A stretch of DNA of 63,320 nt, filler included, from Globobulimina sp. (taxonomy: Eukaryota): the NCBI GenBank assembly GCA_003354225.1. It is 51 parts of 51 records of this genome, joined end to end, with 100 filler letters (N's around TTAATTAATTAA, not from the genome) between each part and the next. Parts side by side here need not be neighbours in the genome. Positions count along the whole stretch, not along the records: positions 23,637 to 24,780 come from PIVH01022450.1; positions 24,881 to 26,024 come from PIVH01022451.1; positions 26,125 to 27,268 come from PIVH01022452.1; positions 27,369 to 28,512 come from PIVH01022453.1; positions 28,613 to 29,756 come from PIVH01022454.1; positions 29,857 to 31,000 come from PIVH01022455.1; positions 31,101 to 32,244 come from PIVH01022456.1; positions 32,345 to 33,488 come from PIVH01022457.1; 43 more parts are not named here. One strand, 5' to 3'. Of the stretch, positions 23,637-36,170 are shown piece after piece. The stretch's first letter is position 1. The number at the start of each line of letters is the position of its first letter. The notes beneath the pieces are model-generated. The model was not told the origin of the DNA. It saw nothing but the letters and a program-made list of their open reading frames with translations, and did no database searches. The position numbers and the translations under genes were made by a program.

Positions 23637-24301
23637 GTTTGTTGCTCGGTTTTTTCAGCCAATTCTTTCATTTCTTTTTCAAGCACGGACTGTTTCAGAC
23701 GCTTTGTTTCCGCATCTTTTGCTGCTAATTTTTGGTCCATTTGGTTTGAATGTGCAGCAAGCTGTGCTTCAACGGTTCGTTTTAACATTGCTTCGATACT
23801 CAAAATATTATTATTATTATTGCACTCATTTGTGTTGTTATTAGTGGAGGATGTGGATGGATTATTATATTTATTGTGAACTATTTCAACTCTATATTCA
23901 TGATTGAAATCTTTATATTTTTTACCAAATCGTATGATATCATTATTGAATAATTGCGTTAAACTTCCATTTTTATCAATTTTTTCGCCGTTTACAAACA
24001 CACCGTTTGTGGATTTTAAATCTTTGATCAATAATTGATTATTGTTATTGTTGTAAATAAATTGACAGTGTACGCGTGAAACCATTGGTGTATTTGCAAA
24101 AATAACTGAACAACATGACGGATCCCTGCCTACTTTGAAGGATTTCTTGTTATTTATTGAGAACTGCTGCTCTTCGCCGGTTGCGTTTTGTGTTGATGTT
24201 AATTTGATGCACCAGTTGCTATTACTACATGGTGCTGCGTCGAGTTTCCTTTTTTTTGTTGGTGACTCCTTTTCTTGGTACGGGTTTTTTCTTTTCGACA
24301 T
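23637..24301 (-). CDS. FHA domain protein with N-terminal NLS and coiled coil (RNF8/CHFR-like layout), 3'-partial
   Basis: VGRD, VSRVHC, IKDLKSTNGVFVNG, DIIRFG. KRK...KKRK bipartite NLS. Confidence 0.9.
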
Positions 24302-25272
24302 TATGGAGGACTAACTCACTTCAAAAAAAACATAAAATCAGGGTTCTCACCTCATATACGCAAGGCTGCAGCGTTTTCAAATTCAAAACCAAGAGTTGCA
24401 AGAATAAAGTAAAAACTTATCTTCATACAATGAAGGAATCAAAATCGAGCAAAAACAAACTAAGCACGGATGTGAAAACAAAACGAATTAGAAACAAAAA
24501 CAATACAAATAATCAATATGAATAGGAATGTCATTTTTACAAACATTTATATACATTCAGAGACTTTGTTTGTTTTTAGTTAATTTTTTGCAATATGTAT
24601 TCGGGTCAGTTTTTTTTGAATGTGTTGTATAGTTTGACCACGCTGCATACAGCCTGTCGTGAATGTTGATTCTTTGTAGCAGAAATGATGAAATATATTG
24701 CAAATTATCAGAGTGCTGTACCATTAATGGATAATAAGTGTCATTTTTATTCACCGTTTTGGATCTGTATGTTGTGGCAGNNNNNNNNNNNNNNNNNNNN
24801 NNNNNNNNNNNNNNNNNNNNNNNNTTAATTAATTAANNNNNNNNNNNNNNNNNNNNNNNNNNNNNNNNNNNNNNNNNNNNTATATATATATATATATTAT
24901 CTCAAATAATTAGTTATTAATTAGCTACAATAATAGAATAATTCTGATAGGTATCTGCAGTTAGTGTTACTAAAAAAAACACTTCGTTGAGCTATCATTT
25001 TATAGCAGGCAAAGAACAATCAATTATAATACGACAGATAATGAAAAACGATATGCAAAACATGTCGTAGTCGTGAGGTTAAAAAAAGTAGCTGAATCAC
25101 AGCAAAGTACAAAACAAAAACATAAAGTAAAACAAAAAAAAAACAAAAAAAATATGCGAAGTGTGTGATTAATAAATTAATTAAAAGAAAAAAAGAAAAA
25201 AACGAGAGAAACAGTTATAAATTAAATATATAAATTATATAAAAAAAAAGTGATAAAGTTTAGAAAATCTAT

Positions 25273-26024
25273 TCATTCAACATCAATGTAAGATATTTGT
25301 TCATAATCCGCTGCAGTTTTGTGTTTTCTTTGTGCCAATAGGTTGCCAGCATACGTATTGTCCACATCCTCGTCCTCCTCATACTCGTCATTGTCTCTCT
25401 CCATCGCAATCCTCGACTGTCTCGCATCTAACTCGGCGATCCAATCCGTTAATTTTGACAATGCATTCAACCGCGAACTGGTGTTTTTATCCTCGTCGCA
25501 TAGCACAAATTTCTGCACTGTTTTATAGGGCATCAACCGATTCAATTCCATCACTTTCAAGATCGATAGCAAGCCATTGTGATTATTTTTATTCTCTGAC
25601 GATATGCTGATTATAGACGACAATATCAACAGAGAATGGCTATCCACATCGTCATCATCCTCCTCCTCCTCCTCCTCATCATGTTTCTCCTCCTCATGCT
25701 TACAATGCAGCAATTCAATGATCTGCGGAAAATGCGTCTTCTCCCCACCGACAATCAACGCCTTCGCAATTGCTTCATTTTCCTCCTCATTGCCACTGAT
25801 TTTCGCGAAATAAAAGGCGTTCAACACATACGCCAATATGCTATGTATGCTCTTGTAATTTGAATAGATAATTTGACTTTTTTTGATTGTTTGCATTAAG
25901 TTTATTATATCCTCCATCGGGGGGCTCTTATCAATGAGCTCTTGGAACGTGGCCACAATCTCCGGCTGCAACGGGTAGATATATTGCAAGCCATATTCCT
26001 CAAACTCCTTCATCGTGGCCATAC
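25273..26024 (-). CDS. Hypothetical helical acidic protein C-terminus (possibly W2-like)
   Basis: 249-aa ORF. LLSILKVM...LTDWIAELD followed by an acidic tail only weakly resembles W2 domains. Confidence 0.5.
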
Positions 26025-26718
26025 NNNNNNNNNNNNNNNNNNNNNNNNNNNNNNNNNNNNNNNNNNNNTTAATTAATTAANNNNNNNNNNNNNNNNNNNN
26101 NNNNNNNNNNNNNNNNNNNNNNNNACTCACATTTCAATACAGCAGGCAATATTCATTCGACACACTTAAAAATAATAAATGACAAAGCGTTGGCTTTAAT
26201 TGATGAAGAAGTGCAATTGGCAGTAATTGATTCATGTCATCTCCAAGACATTGATGATGATCCATTTCCATTGTGACTGTATACTCTATTTTTAGTCATT
26301 AAGCATCCAACCAAATTCAAGCGACATTCGCCATTTATTGACAATGTTTGACAGCTCATTGAATGCACCGATTGAGACAAGGTCGTATGCCGAAGGTACC
26401 ATCCATTTATACCCCATCCCACCGTACAAAACATCCTTAGCTCTTTTCTGCAGATGTATACAATCTGTGAGTTTGTCAATGCTTTTTTCCATCAACATTC
26501 ACTTGGAGTGTGTCTGCAATATAAATAATTGCGTCATTTAAACTTTAAATGATTGAAATAATCGACTCGACTCAGCAGATTGAAGCAATTAAAATGTTCG
26601 TATTTGCCCATATTGACTTGTTGTTATTTGCTCTGAATTGCTCATATTGAGTCGAGGCCTACTCAGTGAAGAAAAGTCGAGCACGGCGCGGCATCTCTGA
26701 TTTATAAACTAATAAAAA

Positions 26719-27268
26719 CTATGTTGTTTCTACTCTAACAGCGAAATTATATGTTATAATATGATGGTTTGGCTCAGTTTCTGCCGTAACATAAATTCTA
26801 TCTCCTTTGTTCACATTTATTTTCCTATCCAACATAACAAACTTATTGGCCCACATACAATTATTTGAATTTGGCTTTGAACTCAAAATGTTGTCTTTGT
26901 CAACACCAATTTCAATCGATGACAAAAAGCCTGCCAAAATACCATCTTTTTGTGCAATAAATTGGTGATTATCCATTCTAAACTGATTATTATTGCTTAT
27001 CTTACAATTATTAAACTGAATGTGTTCCCATAAACCAATGTCATTGACCGAACATAAAAAGTGTCTTTCTGGAAAGGACCACAAATTGATAGTATTGCAT
27101 CGATTGTTTGCAATAACTTTCTCATTTAAAGATTGCCAATATTCAACATCCGGGAATTCGACCGGAAGCAGATAAGTTTGCACATAATCCGGAATTGACC
27201 ATATTTTTGTATTTGTTGTCTGAATAAATTTACGTTTTGCTGATTGTATCACTGCGTTAACTCCTTCA
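26719..27268 (-). CDS. Protein arginine methyltransferase-like C-terminal beta-barrel
   Basis: AKRKF..IPDYVQTYLLPVE, KDGILAGFLSSIEI, LSSKP...W...LDRKINVNKGDRI. Confidence 0.65.
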
Positions 27269-27368
27269 NNNNNNNNNNNNNNNNNNNNNNNNNNNNNNNN
27301 NNNNNNNNNNNNTTAATTAATTAANNNNNNNNNNNNNNNNNNNNNNNNNNNNNNNNNNNNNNNNNNNN

Positions 27369-28017
27369 GTTTCGAATTTGTCATCGGATGAGTCTGGCGT
27401 GGAAAGGGTGATAAAATGCATAATCGAGGATGAAAGTTTGAAATTTCGGCCAATAATTGGAGCTCGTTTAAGATACTGTCAATGTCAGGTGACAAAATGT
27501 CTTTATATCTAACTGCTGGATCGGAAAGGACTGATGATAAATGGGGATATGGTACAATGTCACACGTGAAGGATATTAATATATATTTTGACTTTGCCAA
27601 ACAAAATTGGAGGAAATTGATTGCACGCACGAGAGTTCGGAGTCTTGCGCCTCCCAATACGGCAATTGAACAACAATTAGAAAGACATGAACCCATACTG
27701 TCGGATATAGCAATAATTGGAAAGTTGTTTTCTTTGGAGCGGTTGAAAAATTGAGTAATAGCGTAATCCATTAAACAATGTATACATGTGCTGGAACGAT
27801 AGGCTTTTGTGAAACATGGAAAAAAGCAATTTTTGATAGAATTTTCATTATAAACAGGATGCAACATTTTGGTTAAAACTTGAAAACAATTGGTCGAACC
27901 CTTAGTGAAACATGAGAGGGCATGATTTAAATCCAAATTTAACAGATAAAAGATGAAAAGAAATTTAGCCTTTTCAATTGACATGATGGTAACATTTTCA
28001 AGGAATAGCTGAGGCAT
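27369..28017 (-). CDS. SGNH/GDSL hydrolase-like protein, 3'-partial
   Basis: IIAISDSM (block I-like), LGGARL (block II-like), ILSPFPR. Confidence 0.5.
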
Positions 28018-28447
28018 AATGAATTGAATTGGAGTAGTAGTACAATATTAATAATATAACTTTCTTTTAGTAAACCAAAAGACAGAATAACTTATGTCTT
28101 GCTACTACAGTCTTGCATTATCTTCTTATAGGGCAAAGTTGTTATGGCTATCCCTTGGGATATACTGTCCAAAAATAAAGTGGATGTGGAACAATGATCT
28201 GATGAAGGATCGATCAATTATCGTTTCTAGTCCGCCTCCCCACAGGTGGGGGACTAGAACATCGTTTATTCGCGGACGTCGTTTATTCGACGCCGGACAT
28301 TTCGTTGTTCAAAATGATGTTTGAAAGTCTAGTTCCAGGCGTCAGACGTTGATTAAACTATGTCCCATAGCATACACATTCGATCGGAGGTCTATACCCG
28401 AACATATATATCAAAAATAGTCAAAAATCAACAAAATATATCGTTGG

Positions 28448-28510
28448 GGGCGTCATTTATTCGATGTCGGGCGTCATTTATTCGGCGTCGAGCGCCATTT
28501 ATTCGAAGTC
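28448..28510. repeat. 21-bp tandem repeat x3 (G.GCG.CATTTATTCG..GTC), related units at about 28262-28296
   Basis: Directly visible; runs to the contig end. Confidence 0.85.
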
Positions 28511-28614
28511 AGNNNNNNNNNNNNNNNNNNNNNNNNNNNNNNNNNNNNNNNNNNNNTTAATTAATTAANNNNNNNNNNNNNNNNNNNNNNNNNNNNNNNN
28601 NNNNNNNNNNNNCT

Positions 28615-29594
28615 ATTCAAATATTATCAGAAACCGCTGCTAAATACAATATCGTGGAATCTCTGGAATCTACAGCCTACATTGAACATGACCTCGCTGT
28701 GATTAATACTTATAATATCATTAACTTTTATCATTTGAATGATCCCAACTGCACATTTTAGCCAATCACATTAACAGTTTATGGAATTTGCAAGCAATAC
28801 AACGAACATTTTATGAATATAGAATTAAACCGAGTCATTGGTTCGCATTAAATGAAAATATGGACTATTTTTTCAATAAAATAAATGACATTTTTGATCC
28901 AGAATACATTCCAAATACAGAAGATATTTTAAAATGTCGCACAAGATCAATTGGAGCGTATCAGCAAGATTTTGAAGACGAAAAAGGCCACAAATTTGAA
29001 ATATGGGATGTTGGCGGTCAAAGATCAGAGAGACATAAATGGTGGCATCGTTTTGAAAACATTAATTGTATAATATTTGTATGTGAATTAAGTGCGTATT
29101 GTAAACCGCAAGAATGGAATGAAAAGGAAATACAAATCAGTGAATGTTTAGAAAAATGGGATAATGTATCAAATAATAATCTTTTCAAAAGGTGTCAAAT
29201 GGTGTTATTATTGAATAAAACGGATTTGTTTTATAAACATTTGCAATTCACTCCATTGACTGCGTGTTTTGGTGAGTATCCAGGCAAAAATTATTGTGAT
29301 TTCCCGGTGGATTTGAAAATGAAAGTTTGTCACAAATTGGTGCAATTAATTGCGAAAGATGTCGATATTGATATTAATACGATATCTATGGATGTTATTG
29401 GCATAATTTCTGGTGATTGTGATGTATTGTTTGGATATTGGTTGGATTTAGTTTATAAGGAAGGAATTGAATTTATAAAAAATAAATTCTTAAATATTCA
29501 TTCGAATGCATTGGTTTATGAAGTTTGTGCCATTGACATGCATAATGTGAAAGATACAATGAAGCAAATAATTAAGAATGCTAATTTTGTATGA
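28615..29594 (+). CDS. Heterotrimeric G protein alpha subunit, divergent, 5'-partial, frameshift near 28745
   Basis: DILKCRTRSIG (G2), DVGGQRSERHKW (G3), LLNKTDLF (G4), CAID (G5). Confidence 0.92.
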
Positions 29595-29856
29595 ATGGAA
29601 TTTCACGGTGTATTCAATTTAATCATTGTGTAAAGTTTTTCCCTTAAAAACACTTGAGCTCTGTGTGTAGAAATTATCTACAAATCATTCTTGCGTTGAT
29701 TCTTTATCCATCAAACATATCAAAAATGCGTTCATCTGCGTCGAACAACCAATACTNNNNNNNNNNNNNNNNNNNNNNNNNNNNNNNNNNNNNNNNNNNN
29801 TTAATTAATTAANNNNNNNNNNNNNNNNNNNNNNNNNNNNNNNNNNNNNNNNNNNN

Positions 29857-31000
29857 GATTTAGGATATCCAGTTTATAATATTACTGATATTCCTTTGCC
29901 AAAACAGTATTTTATTCAAGCTGTTATTCAAAGATATACTTATTATGATCGTTCTGATGGTGCACAAATTTGGTTACCAAGACCTGAAATTAATGCAGAA
30001 GGATTATTTACTGCACCAAAAACATTATATTCTGCTGTTATGTCCGTTAATTTAGACACAAACTCAATTGTAAATATTTTATGTGATCAAATTGAAGGAC
30101 CATATGCAAAACCCAATGATACAGATTATATTAAACATGTTAGTATTAAATCAAATTTGTTAACTGAATTTTGGGGGACTTCAATATATTTAGAAGCGTG
30201 TATATTATTACCATATGGTTTTGATACTCATCCAAATGCATCATATCCTTTATTTTTATATCAAGGACATTACCATCGTGATTGGGCAACGCCTGTTGCA
30301 TTTAGTGAAACACCGCCTAATTCATCTTTAACTGGTTATAGTTATGTTGCTGCTCAATATGCGTATTATTTATATTTAAATTGGACAGATCCAAGTGGTA
30401 TTTTTAAAGATAATCGAGGAATGATTATGACAATAAAACATCCGACACCATATTATGATGATAGTTATTCAGTTAACTCAGCCAATTTAGGTCCATACGG
30501 TGAGGCAATTATGACTGAATTAATTCCTTTTGTTGAACATAAGTATCGTGGAATTGGACAAGAATGGGCACGAACAGTATATGGTGGTTCAACAGGAGGA
30601 TGGGAATCAATCGCCACACAAATTTATTATCCAAAGATGTTTAATGGAGCTTGGACGTTTTGTCCTGACCCAGTGTCGTTTAACGCATATTCATCCATCA
30701 ATATATATGAAAATAAAAATGCATATTATTTAGATTCATTTTGGAAGAAAACACCACGAGCATCGCAAAGAGATGATGCAAGTAATCAAATATATCCTGG
30801 ATATGGAGAAATGAGCGGTTTTGGATGGACAACGTGTACTGTCGAAGAAACCAATATTCGGGAATTAGTGTTTGGGGAAAATAGTCGTAGTACGGGGCAA
30901 TATGATATTTGGGAGGCTGTATTTAGTCCATTGGGTCCAAAGGGATATCCACGTCGTTTGTATAACAAAAGAACGGGTGAAATTGATCCAATAACAGTTA
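29857..31000 (+). CDS. Alpha/beta-hydrolase putative esterase of bacterial type, internal fragment
   Basis: GGSTGGWES nucleophile elbow, YYDDSYSVNSANLGPYG, ELIPFVE, CPDPVSF. Confidence 0.85.
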
Positions 31001-31251
31001 NNNNNNNNNNNNNNNNNNNNNNNNNNNNNNNNNNNNNNNNNNNNTTAATTAATTAANNNNNNNNNNNNNNNNNNNNNNNNNNNNNNNNNNNNNNNNNNNN
31101 AATGCAGCTTGATAGAATTTCAGCATTTCAGGGATATCTTTCACGACGATATTTATATGTTCAAGTTTGATCATACGATGCTCCTTTTCGTGTTTTCGTA
31201 ATCAACAAGGACATTATAAAACCTCAGCTTAACTTGAGGTAAAGAGCTAAT

Positions 31252-32244
31252 TTGGAGAAATTGATAATTAAATCAGAAACTGAGCATTCAAAAAATGGCT
31301 ATTGCAATGGGTCTGGATTGCCATGTGTAAATAATTTCGATTGCAATGCTTCCAAATGTACTCCATTGTCATTTTATAAAGAATTGAGCAATCAAAACAC
31401 ATCAGCATTGTGTGAAGAAAATATATCATTCGCAACAGGCGCAACTACAGATTATAATTATCCAATTTTGTATCCAGCCAGAATTGATTTAAAAGCATAT
31501 ACGGAAGGAAGCAAAGAAGAGAAAGAGAGGTTAATCCAATCATTTGACGAATATTTGCATCGCTTCTCAACAGTGTCATTATTTAATCACGGAATAGAGA
31601 ATGAATTATTTGATAAATTATTATTTGGCAGTAAACGATTTTTCCATACATCCTTAGCGCATAAAATGAAATATAAAACAAGTAACTTTGGCAATTCTGG
31701 TTATGATCCATGGAAATTTGTATCAGCCGCAAGAGTTTCTGGCATTGCTGACCAACCGCTAGATTTAACAGGTTCGCATCGCATAAATTTGTATAACTAT
31801 AACTAGAATATAAGCATATAAATCTATTATATTATAATATAAATTAATTAGAGTCATTTTCTCGATATAATCATGATGGCGAGAATGGTGAGTATGGGCC
31901 TCCGAATTGTCCAAATTCTTTGTTGAATGCATCCAATACTTATATTGAAAAAATATCGGCTGTTTTAAAAATTGTCCATGAAATAGCTGCATTATCATTA
32001 GGTTTAGACAGAAATTATTTTGCTGATTTGCATAAAGTTAATCCAACATATCATTTGCGTTTGTTTTATTATCCGGAGCTAAATTTATCAAATATTGAGG
32101 AAAGAGCAATGCGCGTATCTCAACATAGCGATTTTTTGGAGTTTACTCTGTTTCTTCCCGGTCAAACGCGTGGATTACAAATGAAAATTGATGATTTATG
32201 GATTGATGTTAAAACAAAAAATCAATATCAGTTGGTTTTGAATC
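31252..32244 (+). CDS. 2OG-Fe(II) oxygenase (IPNS/DIOX-like), intron 31772-31851, partial
   Basis: LFNHGI, SKRFF, spliced DLT|ESF, LRLFYYP, HSDF..FTL (HxD). Confidence 0.88.
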
Positions 32245-32762
32245 NNNNNNNNNNNNNNNNNNNNNNNNNNNNNNNNNNNNNNNNNNNNTTAATTAATTAA
32301 NNNNNNNNNNNNNNNNNNNNNNNNNNNNNNNNNNNNNNNNNNNNTCCTACATTTGATATGGCGTATGATCCTGGGAATATTGAAAGTAATCGATTTTGGT
32401 CATTGACTGCCAATTTAAATTGGTTAATTTCCAAAGTATATCCTACATCATCAGCCTTGTAAAATGTAAATTGTAATTCATAAATATTAAACAGTGACGA
32501 GTAATGATTGACCTATATTACCATTTTTTTGACATAGAATAATCCGCATAAACATTTTATTATATAATATAAATATCGAACGTAACAAAATCGCTGTTCC
32601 CAATCGTTTCTAGCTCAAATCGTTATTTTGGTGATAAACGTTTAATTATTTTAGGTCCGGCGACATTTACAATATTTTTAAAAGTCTCGAGTTTTTGCAA
32701 TTTGTAATTAAGGACAATCCAATACCTGTACACAAAGGCACTCAGAAACATAAAACGGAAAA

Positions 32763-33488
32763 ATGTCCATCATTATTGACAATCAACAGCTAACACAACA
32801 ATATAGCTGGTTCATAAACGGCATTCCCAATGAATTTTATATAAAAGGACAATGTAGTTGAGTCCACATATGTTTTTTGTTCAATTGTATAATATTTATA
32901 AAACAGAATTGCCACAAATATCAATCAAACATGAATTAATCTCTTACTCTTTGCAATATCCATTATCAAAATGTGCAATTAGTGATCTTAAGCAAATAGC
33001 TACATTATCATTATTTGGGCATGGCAGAGAAACTATTTATGATGAAAATGTTAGAAATTCATTTGAATTGAATGCAACACAATTTAATATTGAAAACTTT
33101 AATTTATCATCAACAAATAATAAATATTTGGAGTCAATCCGTAAATGTTTATTGCCAGATGTTGAGAATATATTATGTGAACCTTACAAATTATTAGTAT
33201 ATGAAACTGGATCATTTTTTAAATCACATGTTGATACTCCAACAAATAAAAAGCATTTTGGGACATTAATCATATCACTACCATGCGACCAGCAATATGA
33301 AGGGGGTCAATTTATACTATCGTTTAATAAACAAATAACATGGAAACCAACGCATTGTTGTGAATATATTGCATTTTATTCTGATATTATCCATGAAATA
33401 AAACCAATTACGAAAGGTCATCGAATTGTTATTACATTCGATTTGGTGATACCTGCAAATATTAAAGATAAACGATATGAGAAAGGCA
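32763..33488 (+). CDS. 2OG-Fe(II) dioxygenase (prolyl-hydroxylase-like), probable short intron near 32856-32907
   Basis: YKLLVYETGSFFKSHVDT, FGTLIISLP, EGGQF, AFYSDIIHEIKPITKGHRIVITF. Confidence 0.88.
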
Positions 33489-33629
33489 NNNNNNNNNNNN
33501 NNNNNNNNNNNNNNNNNNNNNNNNNNNNNNNNTTAATTAATTAANNNNNNNNNNNNNNNNNNNNNNNNNNNNNNNNNNNNNNNNNNNNCAATTATTTGTG
33601 CCATATCATATGCAATTAATTGGTGTAAA

Positions 33630-33983
33630 TTGAGAAAAATCAAAGCTACATATTCAGGATGCATTGAACCACTGGTTCAAAATGCATTAAATTTATTAAA
33701 CACAAAATATCAAAATCAATGTATTTATAGTATTGATAGGATAACTGGTTCAGCGCAATTTGACTTTTCCATTGCCCTCCAGGTTAGGGTTAAAATAAAA
33801 TTAATTGGCGCAAATGCTGTATATTATATTGATAATAATGTTGTTGATGGCGCTCCATCAGCACAAATTGTACAACCATACAATGGAAACAGTAATGCAA
33901 ATAATTATGCTACATTTGAAGGAAACAGTAAAGACACAACTGATAATGTACAAAAAGCGTTGGTTCCAATTAATACTATCTGA
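33630..33983 (+). CDS. Hypothetical protein C-terminal fragment
   Basis: 117-codon ORF ending 92 bp before the next ATG. Confidence 0.4.
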   Translation: MRKIKATYSGCIEPLVQNALNLLNTKYQNQCIYSIDRITGSAQFDFSIALQVRVKIKLIGANAVYYIDNNVVDGAPSAQIVQPYNGNSNANNYATFEGNSKDTTDNVQKALVPINTI

Positions 33984-34075
33984 CTGTTAAATGTTTTGAT
34001 GTCCATCATGTTAATTTTTGTTGAATGCATTAAATTTTAGTTTTTTGTTATTGTCAGTTCAGAGTAAAAAAATCA

Positions 34076-34731
34076 ATGGAACCTATTTTGATACGTAAAC
34101 GTGCTCCAAAACAAAAGGTAAATGACTTTTTGGTGAAATACAGTAAAAATATTACCTCACAAAGCGGTGAAGATGGAATATTGCTCGAGATATTCAGATT
34201 AATGGATGAATTTGACACTCAAAATAATACCAAAAATGAAACACAAAAACAACGGCGATGGTGTGCTGAATTTGGTTGTTGGGATGGCAGACATTTATGC
34301 AATACACATAACTTAATCATAAATCATGGATTTCACGGTGTATTAATCGAAGCGTGTTCGGAAAAATACAAAGATTTAATTGAAAACTATAAAACCGAAA
34401 TAAAAACAGGACAAGTTATTACAATGAATGAATTTGTTGGTTTCAATGATAAATCAAATAATTCATTGCATGTTTTATATCCGAATAAATATAATATTAC
34501 AAAAACACCGCCCCCACCAACGCTGAAAACGAAAAGCAAAGAAGTTAAAGATTTTGATCAATTGATCGATTCATTGAACATATCTATCAAAGATAATATG
34601 TTTGATTTAATTGTGATTGATATTGACGGCAATGACTATCACGCATTCGATTCAATCATCAAATACAAATCAAAAGTAATAATGATCGAATTTAATCCAA
34701 CTATTCCACATAATATTATTCCTATACAATC
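34076..34731 (+). CDS. FkbM-like SAM-dependent methyltransferase-fold protein, 3'-partial
   Basis: SQSGEDGIL, AEFGCWDG..CNT, GVLIEA, IDIDGNDY, IEFNPTIP. Confidence 0.8.
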
Positions 34732-35141
34732 NNNNNNNNNNNNNNNNNNNNNNNNNNNNNNNNNNNNNNNNNNNNTTAATTAATTAANNNNNNNNNNNNN
34801 NNNNNNNNNNNNNNNNNNNNNNNNNNNNNNNCTATCATTCATTGCATTATTACCATTTTATTAATGTATTTGGCATTTATGGCTGGGAAACATAATATAT
34901 TTTAGTTTAATGACAATAATATTGACAATGAGCATTTTGTTGACAATGATACCAATGATACCAATGATACCATTCACAAAGATGAAGTTTGACCTTGTTT
35001 ATATTTCATAGCGCACTGCGTCGTATTCATAGTCACTGACACTCTAAAAATAAAAATTGGTTTCTTAGGGTTATTGTAAAGTTTTTGAAGTTGTCTAGTC
35101 ATCAAACTCAACTCCAAATTCTTTTTTTTTATTCTAAAACA

Positions 35142-35974
35142 ATGGCAACGACAACTTCTGTTGATAACTTACCAAACGACCAAGACACAGAGATGGCAGA
35201 TGCATCTGAAAAACCATTGGTCCACAAATTATTGGTATCCTCAGAAGACGGCAAAATCAAAAATCTATTATGCCCAATCGAATTAGTATTGGAATCTCAA
35301 AATTTCTCAGCACCATTAATCCCATCCAAATACGACCCAAACATCTTTTGTTTATTTCAGAACGTCTCCTCCAATTCCTATCGTGCAACGACACCAAAAA
35401 CAAGTTCAAGTTCAAGAAAGCGTAAAAATGATCGCAACGCCAGCCGCAGCCCCAAAAAAAGGAAAAAACTGCACCATAAATTCCATAAAAAAAATAATCA
35501 CACTCACGACCAACACACTCATCTCACAAATACTCGCTCCATGCATGGCGAGGATGATTTTTTTAGTTTCCAGCCACATTTGAATGTAAACTCTCGTCCA
35601 AAACGACAACGCAAAAAAGTGTCCTATAAAGAAGTCGATAGCAATATAGCTTACATACCAATAAAACCACGCGGCCGCACTCCAAAAAACCATAAAAAAA
35701 CTACTGCAAACCCTGTCCGTTCAAACCCTGTCAAGCCAGTCAGAGGCACTGTGAATGCAATTACGCATTTTGTAGAAAGTGTGGTTGAAATGCGGTGGGT
35801 TCAATGTGATAAGTGCTTGAAATGGAGGCGAATCCCGACCAGTGTCTCGGACGCAGAGTTAGAGGGCGAATGGACGTGTTCTATGAATAAATGGGATTTG
35901 AAGCGTGCGAACTGCGCAGCGGAAGAGGAAGCATATGATTTAGCAGAGGAGCAAACCATTCATGTGAACAGTGG
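35142..35974 (+). CDS. CW-type zinc finger (histone H3K4me reader-like) protein, 3'-partial
   Basis: WVQCDKCLKWRRIP...WTCSMNKWD...CAAEEE, plus basic NLS-like tracts. Confidence 0.9.
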
Positions 35975-36170
35975 NNNNNNNNNNNNNNNNNNNNNNNNNN
36001 NNNNNNNNNNNNNNNNNNTTAATTAATTAANNNNNNNNNNNNNNNNNNNNNNNNNNNNNNNNNNNNNNNNNNNNTCAAAAAAAAAAAAATTGGTATTAGC
36101 GAGTATTGGTATTGCTAATCAATGTTAATTATGGAACGTTAATATATTAGCAAATCTCAACCAATTAATA

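Noticed and set aside
22666-29594. Globin-RGS and G-alpha as a physically clustered signalling locus
   Set aside because: They are on different contigs ordered only by length, so proximity is meaningless.
31252-33488. Tandem pair of 2OG-Fe(II) oxygenases as a biosynthetic cluster
   Set aside because: They are separated by a linker and belong to different subfamilies.
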